Under the pieces are notes generated by a model that was not told the DNA's origin, searched no databases, and was given only the letters and a program-made list of their open reading frames with translations. 64,000 nt of DNA from a virus (taxonomy: Duplodnaviria > Caudoviricetes): IMG/VR virus record IMGVR_UViG_3300037067_013378, positions 71,614 to 135,613 of that record. The stretch is one strand, 5' to 3'. Position numbers and translations under genes: made by a program. Below, one piece after another: positions 1 through 9,688 of the stretch; the stretch's first letter is position 1, and each line of letters opens with the position of its first letter.

Positions 1-750
1 AATTATGATAAAGTAAAAAATACAGTTAATAATAAACGAGAAAATAAAATTAATGAATATAATAAAAACCCAAAATATTGTAAAAATTGTGGAGAAATAA
101 TATCATTTGAAAAAAAGAGAAATTTTTTCTGTTCTCATTCTTGCTCTGCTGAATTTAATAATAAAGGTGTTATAAGAAATAAAAATGGAAATAGTGAAAA
201 TTTATTAAAATATAGCAAAAAACTCAAAGAATCACATAAAGATTATTATGATAATCCGAAGTTATGTTTATGTTGTGACAAACCTCTTAAATATGTAAAT
301 AGAGATTCTAAATTTTGCTCAAATAAATGTAGAAAAATGTATTATAAACAAAATGTTAGTGTTTATAAACTTTATAAATCATTTACAAATTTTAAGTTTC
401 ATGTATATAAATATACAGATTATTTTAATTTAAATTTAGTTGAAAAATTTGGTTGGTATAAAGCAAAAAATCATGGTAATAATTTAAATGGTGTTAGTAG
501 AGATCATATATTTTCTGTTAAATGTGGTTTTGAAAATTTTATAAATCCTTTATTATTATCACATCCAGCAAATTGTGAATTAATGTTACAAAGTGATAAT
601 TCAAGAAAACATATTAAATCTAATATCAATATAGAAGAATTATTATTAAAAATTGAAAATTTTGATAAAAAATATGGAACATTTTATAAACAAAAATTAA
701 AAATTGTAATAGAATATGATGATTTAATTAATGAAAAATTTTTTATTTAA
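1..750 (+). CDS. HNH-type endonuclease with CxxC zinc repeats (5'-partial; frame open from base 1)
   Basis: Frame 1 open from window start: NPKYCKNCG..FCSHSCSA repeats and C-terminal SRDHIFS..HPANCELM. Confidence 0.65.
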   Translation, partial: NYDKVKNTVNNKRENKINEYNKNPKYCKNCGEIISFEKKRNFFCSHSCSAEFNNKGVIRNKNGNSENLLKYSKKLKESHKDYYDNPKLCLCCDKPLKYVNRDSKFCSNKCRKMYYKQNVSVYKLYKSFTNFKFHVYKYTDYFNLNLVEKFGWYKAKNHGNNLNGVSRDHIFSVKCGFENFINPLLLSHPANCELMLQSDNSRKHIKSNINIEELLLKIENFDKKYGTFYKQKLKIVIEYDDLINEKFFI

Positions 751-754
751 ATAT

Positions 755-825
755 TGCCCTTTGGTGTAACGGTAGCACCACAGATTTTGGTTCTGTTGGC
801 TAAGGTTCGAATCCTTAAAGGGCAA
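755..825 (+). tRNA. tRNA-Gln(TTG)
   Basis: Cloverleaf, ACAGA-TT TTG GT-TCTGT, TTCGAAT T-loop. Confidence 0.95.
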
Positions 826-872
826 CTTTTTTAAAAATAGAACTATATATATTTAATATATAGTTATAATAT

Positions 873-945
873 CGGGATTTAGCGCAGTTGGTAGCGCACA
901 TGCTTTGGGAGCATGGGGTCATGTGTTCGAGCCACATAATCCCGA
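873..945 (+). tRNA. tRNA-Pro(TGG)
   Basis: CATGC-TT TGG GA-GCATG; acceptor CGGGATT/AATCCCG. Confidence 0.95.
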
Positions 946-1020
946 CTATGTTGAAAATCAATTAATTGAGAAATTTTTATTTTTAAATAATTTTTATTAC
1001 CTTTACAAAAAATTATTTTT

Positions 1021-1371
1021 ATGAGAATTTCTTTTGATTTCGATAAAACATTAGAAAAATCTTGGATTCAAGATTTAGCAAAAACATTCATTAAAAATGA
1101 TGATAATGTTTTTGTTATAACATCAAGATCACCTAAAATACCAAATATTGACCTTTTTAATGTTTGTGAAAAATTAGGAATTAAAAAATCTCAAATATTT
1201 TTTGTTGATATATTTCCAAAGTTGGATGAAATAATAAGATTACAAATTGATATTCATTTTGAAGATGATTTTTTAGAATTTTTAGAATTAAAAAAACAAG
1301 GTGTTAACTGTGTTTTGATTGATACTACAAATTTAGAATTCTTTCAACAAGAAAAATTTGAACAAGAATAA
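1021..1371 (+). CDS. HAD-superfamily phosphatase-like protein
   Basis: ISFDFDKTL motif I, VITSR motif II, HFEDD motif IV. Confidence 0.7.
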   Translation: MRISFDFDKTLEKSWIQDLAKTFIKNDDNVFVITSRSPKIPNIDLFNVCEKLGIKKSQIFFVDIFPKLDEIIRLQIDIHFEDDFLEFLELKKQGVNCVLIDTTNLEFFQQEKFEQE

Positions 1372-1374
1372 AAT

Positions 1375-1446
1375 GCAGTGATCGTATAATGGTTAGTATA
1401 TTGGGCTTCCAACCCAAGGGTGAAAGTTCGATTCTTTTTCACTGCT
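1375..1446 (+). tRNA. tRNA-Gly(TCC)
   Basis: TTGGG-CT TCC AA-CCCAA; canonical D/T loops. Confidence 0.95.
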
Positions 1447-1504
1447 CAAAAAGTTTATTTAAGCCTCATATAATTAAATATATACTTAAAAAGTGTATGT
1501 TTAA

Positions 1505-2515
1505 ATGTCTAAATTATGTGAGAAAAATCCTATTAAAAAATATAAATTAATTTGTATTCAATGTGGGAATGAATATGAGTTAGAAATAAAAGAATCTTTC
1601 TTTAAAAGAAATATTTATAGGAAAACTTGTTCAGATAAATGTTCTCATTCTTATTCTTCATCATTTGTAAGTGGAACTAAAAAAATATCATGTTTTGGTT
1701 GCGGAAAAGAAATTGAAGTTAATATAAGAGCAACTAAAAAAACATATTGTAAAGACTGTAAGAAAAATACAAAATATTATTTATATAAAAATAATAATAG
1801 ATATAAAATAAATGAAAATTATCAAAAAATTTGTAAATATTGTGGTCAAGAAAAATGTTTATATCCAGAAATATGTAACAATTATAAACAAATAAATACT
1901 TTTATTAAATATTTAAATTTTGATAAAACAAAAATTGGATCATTAGAATTTTATGATGAATATTATAAAGTAAAAGAATTATTATATAAAGAATATTATG
2001 AAAATGATTTATCATTATTACAAATAAGTAAAAAATATAATAATATAAATTTTAAAACATTAGCACTTATTTTTGAACGTTTTAATATTAAATTGCGAAA
2101 TCAATCTGATGCTGTATCAAATGCTTATAAAAATGGTTTAATGAAATTAAATAATGTAAATGTTTATCCATATAAATCTGGATATTATACAACAAAATTT
2201 AATGAAAAATGTTATTTTAGATCATCATATGAATTAGAATATTTTAAATTTTTAGATGAAAAAAATATATTTTTTAAATCTGAAACATTAAGAATTAATT
2301 ATTTTGATAAAGTAAAAAGAAAATTTAGAACAGCAATACCAGATATATACATACCTAATGAAAATAGAATAATTGAAATTAAAAGTAGTTGGACATATAA
2401 TAAGAAAAATATGGATGATAAAATTTTAGAATATAAAAAATTAGGATATAATGTTACTTTAATTATTGGTGGTAATAAATCATTATTTCAGAATTGTGAA
2501 ATAATTGAAAAATAA
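1505..2515 (+). CDS. Free-standing PD-(D/E)xK (TnsA-like) endonuclease with zinc-finger N-terminus
   Basis: FRSSYELEY..PDIY..IIEIKS; several CxxC pairs. Confidence 0.7.
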   Translation: MSKLCEKNPIKKYKLICIQCGNEYELEIKESFFKRNIYRKTCSDKCSHSYSSSFVSGTKKISCFGCGKEIEVNIRATKKTYCKDCKKNTKYYLYKNNNRYKINENYQKICKYCGQEKCLYPEICNNYKQINTFIKYLNFDKTKIGSLEFYDEYYKVKELLYKEYYENDLSLLQISKKYNNINFKTLALIFERFNIKLRNQSDAVSNAYKNGLMKLNNVNVYPYKSGYYTTKFNEKCYFRSSYELEYFKFLDEKNIFFKSETLRINYFDKVKRKFRTAIPDIYIPNENRIIEIKSSWTYNKKNMDDKILEYKKLGYNVTLIIGGNKSLFQNCEIIEK

Positions 2516-2565
2516 AATAAACTTTTTAAATATTTTTTAATATATAGTATAGTTTTTTGAAATAT

Positions 2566-2635
2566 GCAGGGATCATCTAATTAAGACCTTAACTTCCAGT
2601 TAGGGAATGGGTGTAAAATCGCTTTCCCTGCTCCA
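2566..2635 (+). tRNA. Atypical tRNA-Gly(TCC) with encoded CCA
   Basis: Acceptor GCAGGGA/TCCCTGC-T-CCA, CTTAA-CT TCC AG-TTAGG; no D-loop GG, no TTC T-loop. Confidence 0.7.
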
Positions 2636-2636
2636 T

Positions 2637-2709
2637 GCCGATGTAACTCAGTTGGTAGAGTAGCTGATTTGTAATCAGCAAGTCGTAGGTTCGATCCCTA
2701 TCATCGGCT
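2637..2709 (+). tRNA. tRNA-Thr(TGT)
   Basis: GCTGA-TT TGT AA-TCAGC. Confidence 0.95.
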
Positions 2710-2726
2710 CATTTTTTAAATTTATT

Positions 2727-2975
2727 ATGAATTACATATTGTTATCAAATAGAAAAAGAAAACATGAATCCTTAAATTTTGTAGGAAAAAGTGTATTAGA
2801 TGGTAGATTTATTTATGAAATTTTACTTGATAAAATAAATAAAAACGATTTTTTAATAAATCAATTACATTGTAGAATGAAAAATATTGAAATAAGACCA
2901 GAAGTAATCCTTATGCATATTTCAACAACACAAATGAAAAACACCATCAATGTATATAATCCTTATAGTTATTAA
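2727..2975 (+). CDS. Hypothetical protein
   Basis: ORF track only. Confidence 0.4.
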   Translation: MNYILLSNRKRKHESLNFVGKSVLDGRFIYEILLDKINKNDFLINQLHCRMKNIEIRPEVILMHISTTQMKNTINVYNPYSY

Positions 2976-3001
2976 TATCATTAATAATAAAAATATATTA
3001 A

Positions 3002-3442
3002 ATGTTAATTGAAAATATAAAAGATTTACAATTTAAAAAAGATGAAGTTTTCAAGAATGAATATTTTTGGATAAGATATGATAATATTTATTTAACTGAT
3101 GAGTTTGCTAAATTGTATATAAAAGAATATAAACAAAAAGTTGATAGAATTATTTTTACACCAACAACAATAAATATGAGTGTTAAACTAAATTTCATAA
3201 ATGTTAAACTTAGTATATATTTTAGAGAAATTCATTTTGATAATAATGATGAAAAGAAAAAATATAAATGGTTAGTTTGTGGGTCTTCTGGAAGTCATGG
3301 ATTTAATGGGTTAGAATATACAAAAAAAGAAACATTTGGTGTTAGAACAAGAAGAAAAGTTATTAAACATATGGTAAATCTTTTTTTAGAAAATAAAAAA
3401 TTAAATAGGATAGAAAAAATAAAAAATATTTTGTATAATTAG
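3002..3442 (+). CDS. Hypothetical protein with C-terminal RxxK[IL]xx[IL] motif
   Basis: Ends RIEKIKNILYN. Confidence 0.6.
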   Translation: MLIENIKDLQFKKDEVFKNEYFWIRYDNIYLTDEFAKLYIKEYKQKVDRIIFTPTTINMSVKLNFINVKLSIYFREIHFDNNDEKKKYKWLVCGSSGSHGFNGLEYTKKETFGVRTRRKVIKHMVNLFLENKKLNRIEKIKNILYN

Positions 3443-3457
3443 TTAATTTTATAAAAT

Positions 3458-3743
3458 GGTTCCGTAGCTCAGTTGGATAGAGCAACAGACTTCAAGTTAG
3501 GAGCTTTAATATGGAATAAGTAACATATTAAATGGACAATGCTATATCGGTGGAGTCTTAACAGGTCAAGCTGATGATAATACCGAGGGAACTTCATAAA
3601 TTATGAAGACACCGTAGAGAGTAATACGCATTGCACCTGAAATGGTGAAGATGGATTCCAGACCACAAACATTGAAAAATGGTGGTGAAAACCATAGTGG
3701 TACGCTAATCTGTAGGTCAAGGGTTCGAATCCCTTCGGAATCA
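3458..3743 (+). tRNA. tRNA-Arg(TCT) interrupted by a group I intron
   Basis: Exons 3458-3492 and 3705-3743 join to ACAGA-CT TCT AA-TCTGT; acceptor GGTTCCG/CGGAATC. Confidence 0.9.
3493..3704 (+). ncRNA. Group I self-splicing intron (212 nt, no ORF)
   Basis: 5' exon ends in U, intron ends in G; P3 CAATGC/GCATTG, P4 TCGGT/ACCGA, P8 CACC/GGTG, R/S-like GTAGAGAGTA and AAGATGGATTCC. Confidence 0.85.
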
Positions 3744-3788
3744 CTTTTTTATTTTAATGATATATAATTTAAAAATAATTTTTTGTGA

Positions 3789-4682
3789 ATGTTAATTTGT
3801 AAAATATGTAATAAAGAATTTAAAAATTTAAATGGGTTATCAAAACATTTATTAACACATCAATATAATTTAATAGATTATTATATTAAATTTGAAAATT
3901 TTAAAATTCCAAAATGTATATACTGTTCTAAAAATGCTAAATTAAGAAAAGGTATTATTTTCAATAAAACATGTTCTTCTGATGATTGTTTATCAAAAAT
4001 ATCTAAAGATAGAAAACATTCAGAAAAAAGTAAAAAAATAATATCGGATAAAAGAATAAATTATTTATTAAATAATAAAGATAAACACCCTTGGAAAAAT
4101 AATAATAAATTTATATCAAAACCATGTGAGTATTTTAAAAAAATTCTTTCAGAACATAATATAGAATATATAAGTGAGTTTAATCCAATAAAAGAACGCA
4201 ATTTTTCAATAGATATAGTAATTTTAAATAAAAAAATAGGTATAGAAATTAATGGTAATCAGCATTATAACAAAGATAAAACTTTAAAAAAATATTATAA
4301 AGAAAGAAAAGAAATAATAGAAAAAGATGGTTGGATTATATATGATATTCATTATAGTAAAGTATATGATATTAATTTTATAGAAAAATTTATACATAAT
4401 TTATTACAATTTCAAAATCAAGTGAATGTTGATTTCAATTTTAATATAAATAAAATTAAAAATAAAATATTTTGTTCAAATTGTGGCACTGAAATAACTA
4501 AATATTCTAAATCAGGATTGTGTAAAAAATGTGTAAAAACAATTTGTATTAAACGTAAATGTATAAACAGACCAACATATGATGAATTATATGAAAAAGT
4601 TAATAGATTTGGTTATAGAAAAACTGGAAAAATATATAATGTGTCTGATACTTGTATCAGAAATTGGTTAATTAAAAATTAA
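3789..4682 (+). CDS. DUF559/Vsr-like endonuclease with C2H2 and NUMOD3-like N-terminus and C-terminal HTH
   Basis: IDIVILNKKIGIEINGNQH..GWIIYDIHY; RKHSEKSKKIIS; YNVSDTCIRNWL. Confidence 0.75.
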   Translation: MLICKICNKEFKNLNGLSKHLLTHQYNLIDYYIKFENFKIPKCIYCSKNAKLRKGIIFNKTCSSDDCLSKISKDRKHSEKSKKIISDKRINYLLNNKDKHPWKNNNKFISKPCEYFKKILSEHNIEYISEFNPIKERNFSIDIVILNKKIGIEINGNQHYNKDKTLKKYYKERKEIIEKDGWIIYDIHYSKVYDINFIEKFIHNLLQFQNQVNVDFNFNINKIKNKIFCSNCGTEITKYSKSGLCKKCVKTICIKRKCINRPTYDELYEKVNRFGYRKTGKIYNVSDTCIRNWLIKN

Positions 4683-4714
4683 TGTTTATATTTGTATAAT
4701 AAAAATCAAAAACT

Positions 4715-5212
4715 ATGTTATTATTTTTCACAAAAAGGTTCAAAAAAAGAGTAGAAATATCTAAAAGTATTATTGAAGAAATCAATAAGAAAGATATTTC
4801 AAAGTGGAAATATATTTATAATGGTTTTGATATTTACATTAATAAAAGTAAAGGTATACGATATATTAAGCAAAACAAAAAATTTTACAATAAGGAGAAT
4901 GATATATTTATCAAGGTTAAAAAAAGATTTGGTTTTACCAGTGATGTCATGAAAAATATTGATTATATAATCAAGGCTATTGAGAAAAGAATCAGAAAAG
5001 AAGAAAAAGAATACGTTAAAAACAGCAAGAATAATACTGAAAAGAAAATAAAAAGAAAAATTTTAGAAGTTAAAAAGGAATTAAAGATTAAAAATTCCAC
5101 TTTACATGAACTTTCAAGAATGCCTGATGGTGGTGATGTTTTATATAAAAAAACATATAATAGGGTTAATGAATTAGAAGAAAAATTAAAAGAATTAAAA
5201 AAATTATTATAA
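4715..5212 (+). CDS. Hypothetical protein
   Basis: ORF preceded by TATATTTG promoter. Confidence 0.6.
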   Translation: MLLFFTKRFKKRVEISKSIIEEINKKDISKWKYIYNGFDIYINKSKGIRYIKQNKKFYNKENDIFIKVKKRFGFTSDVMKNIDYIIKAIEKRIRKEEKEYVKNSKNNTEKKIKRKILEVKKELKIKNSTLHELSRMPDGGDVLYKKTYNRVNELEEKLKELKKLL

Positions 5213-5214
5213 TT

Positions 5215-5667
5215 TTATTTATTTAAATCTTCTACATCAGTAAAATAATCTTCAATATTATCATTTTGAACTGTTTCTTGCCATTCATCTTTTGACATAG
5301 TTTTTTCTTCAAAAAACTCTAAATTTTCAATTTTAATGATTTTATATTTTTTTGGATGAATGTAAAATGCTGGATATCCTCTTTCAAAAGAATATGTTAA
5401 TCTTCTAAATGTTCTTGGTGATATTAAACCATTAACATATGGTAATATTATAACGGTGTTCACATCATCCACAAATTTATAAAAACTACCTCTTATTTCG
5501 GGTGTATTATAAACAAAAGGATTATCAAAATATATATTTATTAATTCCAGTGCTTGACTTTCTGCTCTTGTGTCAAATATAGATTTAGGGTGAAAAAAAT
5601 ATACTTTTTTATCACTCTTTTTTTCATTTAACATAAAATCTTTAAAATTGACAATATTTTTATTCAT
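5215..5667 (-). CDS. Hypothetical protein with capsid-targeting-like N-terminus
   Basis: MNKNIVNFKDFMLNE. Confidence 0.6.
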   Translation of the reverse strand: MNKNIVNFKDFMLNEKKSDKKVYFFHPKSIFDTRAESQALELINIYFDNPFVYNTPEIRGSFYKFVDDVNTVIILPYVNGLISPRTFRRLTYSFERGYPAFYIHPKKYKIIKIENLEFFEEKTMSKDEWQETVQNDNIEDYFTDVEDLNK

Positions 5668-6451
5668 TTTTTATATTTTCTTTTATTATAGTACTTGTGC
5701 CGAATCTATCAGCATAATCATAAAATTTTTCAATATCTTTAACATTTCTAATACCACCACTAACTTTTATTTTAATATATTCTGGTAATATTTTTCTCAT
5801 ATATTTAACTTTATCAACTTCTGCCCCTATTTCTTTAGTACCAGTTGATGTCATAACAAAATCTGCACCACCTCTATCACATATTTCACAAGCTTTTTTA
5901 ATTTCTTGTATAGTTAACATACCACTTTCAATTATTACTTTAAATATAATACTATTTCTATGACATATATCAGCAACATCCAATAAACTTTTTTCGATTT
6001 TATCATATTTATTGTCTAAATCTTCTTGTTCTTCTTTAATTTCTTCTTTTGATGAATTCTTGTCATTAATTTTTGATTTTAAAATATCTTCTAAAACTGT
6101 AGCTTCTTTTAAAGTTTTATAATTTAAAACAAAATCTATTTCATCTACTCCATCAGATATAGCTGTTGTAACATCTTTAATATTTTGTTCTGATTTATTT
6201 TGACCATCTGGAAAATTAATAACTGTACAAATTCTTATTTTTTCGTCTTCTAAAAAACCATATGCATCTGAAACGTATTTTGGATCAACACAAACAGAAT
6301 AAAAATTATTTTCTTGTGCTATATCACAAATTTCTTTTATTTTATCAACAGATGTATCGTTCTTTAAATATGTAAAATCTATCATATTATTATATTTGCT
6401 GATATTTTTATCAGCTTCTTCATTTAGAAAGTTTTTATATTTTTTAATCAT
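5660..6451 (-). CDS. deoC: Deoxyribose-phosphate aldolase
   Basis: IDFTYLK, TVINFPDG, EIDFV, KVIIESG, KVSGGIR, RFGTS; Schiff-base position reads FVMTSTG rather than FVKTSTG; helical insertion. Confidence 0.85.
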   Translation of the reverse strand: MIKKYKNFLNEEADKNISKYNNMIDFTYLKNDTSVDKIKEICDIAQENNFYSVCVDPKYVSDAYGFLEDEKIRICTVINFPDGQNKSEQNIKDVTTAISDGVDEIDFVLNYKTLKEATVLEDILKSKINDKNSSKEEIKEEQEDLDNKYDKIEKSLLDVADICHRNSIIFKVIIESGMLTIQEIKKACEICDRGGADFVMTSTGTKEIGAEVDKVKYMRKILPEYIKIKVSGGIRNVKDIEKFYDYADRFGTSTIIKENIKNE

Positions 6452-6467
6452 TATATAATATGTAATT

Positions 6468-6483
6468 TTTAATATATATTAAA
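6468..6483. promoter_or_regulatory. Palindromic TTTAATATATA(TTAAA) putative phage late promoter serving divergent genes
   Basis: Motif recurs shortly upstream of many starts (852, 7765, 16343, 41348, 63351 on +; 18599, 22987, 31373 on -). Confidence 0.55.
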
Positions 6484-6509
6484 GTTATGAAATCAAAAAA
6501 TTATTTTTT

Positions 6510-6884
6510 ATGAAATATTTAAAAACATATAATGAGTCTTTAAGAGATAAAATGACACCTAAATCAGATGAAGAAATTTTAAAAGAATTAGGAGATTTAA
6601 CACCAGATGATATGTTATTTCAATCTTCTAAATATAATTTTTTAAAAGGTGTCAAAAAAGCATTAGAAATGGGTGCTGATATTAATTATAAAAATAAAAT
6701 TAATAATACATCATTAATAATGTCTTCTGGAAAAGGTTATAAAAATGTAGTAGAATTATTATTAAAAAACGATGCTGATGTAAATATAAGAAATATTGGT
6801 GGGTTTTCTGCTTTAAATTTGGCTTCAAAGAAAGGTTATAAAGAAATAGTTGAACTACTTAAAAAATACGGTGCTAAAAAATGA
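6510..6884 (+). CDS. Ankyrin repeat protein
   Basis: GADINYK, VVELLLKNDADVN, IVELLKKYGA. Confidence 0.9.
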   Translation: MKYLKTYNESLRDKMTPKSDEEILKELGDLTPDDMLFQSSKYNFLKGVKKALEMGADINYKNKINNTSLIMSSGKGYKNVVELLLKNDADVNIRNIGGFSALNLASKKGYKEIVELLKKYGAKK

Positions 6885-7321
6885 AATATTTAAAAACATT
6901 TGAAAATTATACATTTAAATCTGAAAGTCAAGAAAAAAGATATAAACCAATTTTAGATAAAATTTATAATGCTAAAGTTGGTGATATATTAGATAATGAT
7001 GTTATATATCAGTATGTAGAATTTTTAACAGATAGTGCAGATAAATATGAAGAAAGTTTTGTTGATGGTGATTTAGGTGAAAGAATAGATAAATATGATA
7101 AATTTATATTAAAATTAATACCAATTGATAAAATTAATATTGATGAATTTTATTTATATCAAATAGATGTAGATAATTATGGTATTATGTATAATAAAAC
7201 AAAAACATATCCACCAATTGTATTAGAAGCTGATTTTACTATAATTGATGGTACACATAGAGCTAACGCATTACATAATTATGGTGTTAAAGATATATTA
7301 GCTTTTGTAGGAATAAAATAA
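6881..7321 (+). CDS. ParB/Srx-like N-terminal domain protein
   Basis: PPIVL..IIDGTHRA motif. Confidence 0.7.
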   Translation: MKYLKTFENYTFKSESQEKRYKPILDKIYNAKVGDILDNDVIYQYVEFLTDSADKYEESFVDGDLGERIDKYDKFILKLIPIDKINIDEFYLYQIDVDNYGIMYNKTKTYPPIVLEADFTIIDGTHRANALHNYGVKDILAFVGIK

Positions 7322-7329
7322 AAATAATA

Positions 7330-7749
7330 ATGATTAAAAATTATAAATATTTTATTAATGAAAATAAAACAAGTCGTATAATTTGGCGTGAACTTGTTTT
7401 AAATAATTATTATGAAAATGGTGTTTATGTAATTAATAAAATATATAATAAAAAAAATAATAAATTATTATATTTATTAGTAAATAAAAATGCTAAAAAT
7501 ATTAGAGAAGTTACAGAAAGTTTTGCGGGAATAGATTATATAAACTCAAATGTTGAAGATTGTTTTAAAACTAATAATTTAGAAGCAGCAATAAATATAG
7601 CTAATAATATTTGGGATGGTTCAACATTTAATTCTTATCGAGTAATAAATATTGAAAATAATGAAATTATATATCAAACACCATCAAATATTAAAGATAT
7701 AGATAAAGAAATAAGAAAAGTTAAGTTTAAAATGTTAAATAAAGAATAA
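7330..7749 (+). CDS. Hypothetical protein
   Basis: MIKNYKYFINE N-terminus. Confidence 0.6.
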   Translation: MIKNYKYFINENKTSRIIWRELVLNNYYENGVYVINKIYNKKNNKLLYLLVNKNAKNIREVTESFAGIDYINSNVEDCFKTNNLEAAINIANNIWDGSTFNSYRVINIENNEIIYQTPSNIKDIDKEIRKVKFKMLNKE

Positions 7750-7795
7750 TTTTAATTAAATATTTTTAATATATAATTAAAAATTAAAAATTTAT

Positions 7796-8401
7796 ATGAA
7801 ATACGTTAAAACATTTGAATATTATAGTAAAAAAGAAATTTCTGATGATAATAAATATTATAAAAAATTTATTTCTTCAACAAAAGAAGAATTAGAACAA
7901 ATAAGACAAGATTATGTAGACTTGAAAAGAGAAGCATTAAAAAATCTAAATAAAGATTTACATGATAAAGATAATACTGGTAGTATTAGTAGTTCTGATG
8001 TATCAGATACAGAATTATTTGATTATTTAGATAAAGAAAAATCAAAAAAATTTCAAGAGTATTCAAGAGTTTTAGATTTTAAAGATGGTTTTAAAAGAAA
8101 AGAAAACAAGAAAAAAGTTAATGAAATGATGTCTAAAATTCCTGATGATGATAAGAAAAAATCGGACAAAGAAATAATTCGTGCTGCTATTATTGCTGAA
8201 TATGATGCAATAAATTTATATGAACAATTATCTAAACAAGCAAAGAATGAAAATATTAAAAAAGTTTTATTAGATATAGCTAAAGAAGAAAAAACTCATG
8301 TTGGTGAATTTGAAACGTTATTAGTTATGTTAGATAAAGAACATGAAGAAGAATTAAAAAATGGTGAAAAAGAAATTGAAGAATTAATAAAAAACAAATA
8401 A
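7796..8401 (+). CDS. Ferritin/rubrerythrin-like domain protein
   Basis: RAAIIAEYDAINLYEQ..LLDIAKEEKTHVGEF di-iron ExxH motif. Confidence 0.8.
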   Translation: MKYVKTFEYYSKKEISDDNKYYKKFISSTKEELEQIRQDYVDLKREALKNLNKDLHDKDNTGSISSSDVSDTELFDYLDKEKSKKFQEYSRVLDFKDGFKRKENKKKVNEMMSKIPDDDKKKSDKEIIRAAIIAEYDAINLYEQLSKQAKNENIKKVLLDIAKEEKTHVGEFETLLVMLDKEHEEELKNGEKEIEELIKNK

Positions 8402-8406
8402 CATCA

Positions 8407-9678
8407 ATGAATATTAAAAAAATTAATAAGTTTAATGAAGATTTATCTGATGCTGGTATTCCTAAAGATTTTTTAAATAAAGCAAAAGAAGATAAATCAA
8501 AACCAAATATGCAAGATTTTATGAAAAGTGGAATGGAATCTTTTCATACAATAAATGATGTTAAAAGGAAAGAATCTAAATATTCAAATGAAGAATTGAT
8601 AGATATCGCACTTAAAACCGTAAAAAAACTTTTTAAAAATAATAAAAGTTTTAATATTGATGATGTGAATTTTGATTTAGAAATTTTAGATCAACCTTCA
8701 CCAGAATTAAAACAAGGAACAAAAGCTGGTTTAAGTGATGATGATTTCACATCTAAAAAAAATCAAGAAGAAGAAACTGTTAAAAATGAAATAGATAAAA
8801 GAAGAATTATAAATTCTTTAACACAAGGGTTTGCTATGGCTTCACAAGAAGGTATTATTTTAGAAGAAGATAATGATTTACCATCTGAATTATTTCAAGA
8901 TTATTTTAAATTAATGAAAATAACTCATGACACACATTGGAATATTCCAGATGAAATTGTAGATGATACTGAAACATCACATGAAATGGCAGTTCCATTA
9001 GGAAGAAATTTTTTGAAATATGATGATGAAACTGAACAATATACTGTGGTAGCTAAAGGTTTTATTTTAATAGTTCTTATACATGAAATGGTATTAGGGT
9101 TATATGAATTAATTGCTATGCATGGTCAAACTGGTAAATCTCCAGAAGAATTAAAAAAAGTATTTCAGTTCACAGACACCATGAGAATAGAAACAGAAGG
9201 ATTAAAATATGGACCAGAGATGGTTAAACATCTTCGTACATTTTATAATAATCTTGAAAATCGTTTAATTAAAAAAGGATTAATTTTTGAAAAACAAGAT
9301 ATTTTAGCTTCTTTGTTAGCTACATTTTACACATATCCAGCCAGAGAGTTTATTTCAATATGTGAAAAACTTTTTAGTTTAAAAGAAGAAGAACAACCTT
9401 TTGAATTTTTCGAAAAAATTTATATGAATATAATTGATAGTTCAAAAGGTAATGGTGAAAATGAAGAAGAAATTCAATCACAAGATGATAATGAATTGAT
9501 AAATTTTATGAAAAAAGATACCAAAAAATCAACCACAAAAGAAGAAAATAAAAAGAAAAATTGGGTTAATATGGGTATTAATGAATTAAATTATCAATTA
9601 AACATAGCTATTGACAATGAAGATTGGGAAACAGCTAAAGAAATTCAGGCTATGATTAGTAGAAAAACAGAAAAATAA
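8407..9678 (+). CDS. Hypothetical protein with C-terminal UVR-like helix pair
   Basis: LNIAIDNEDWETAKEIQ; LIHEM motif. Confidence 0.65.
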   Translation: MNIKKINKFNEDLSDAGIPKDFLNKAKEDKSKPNMQDFMKSGMESFHTINDVKRKESKYSNEELIDIALKTVKKLFKNNKSFNIDDVNFDLEILDQPSPELKQGTKAGLSDDDFTSKKNQEEETVKNEIDKRRIINSLTQGFAMASQEGIILEEDNDLPSELFQDYFKLMKITHDTHWNIPDEIVDDTETSHEMAVPLGRNFLKYDDETEQYTVVAKGFILIVLIHEMVLGLYELIAMHGQTGKSPEELKKVFQFTDTMRIETEGLKYGPEMVKHLRTFYNNLENRLIKKGLIFEKQDILASLLATFYTYPAREFISICEKLFSLKEEEQPFEFFEKIYMNIIDSSKGNGENEEEIQSQDDNELINFMKKDTKKSTTKEENKKKNWVNMGINELNYQLNIAIDNEDWETAKEIQAMISRKTEK

Positions 9679-9688
9679 TATTATTAAT

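Noticed and set aside
3700-3715. Amber suppressor tRNA (CTA) from the 3' exon CTAATCTGT
   Set aside because: Splicing after U33 gives a 6-nt loop; the U34 junction gives a normal 7-nt loop with TCT.
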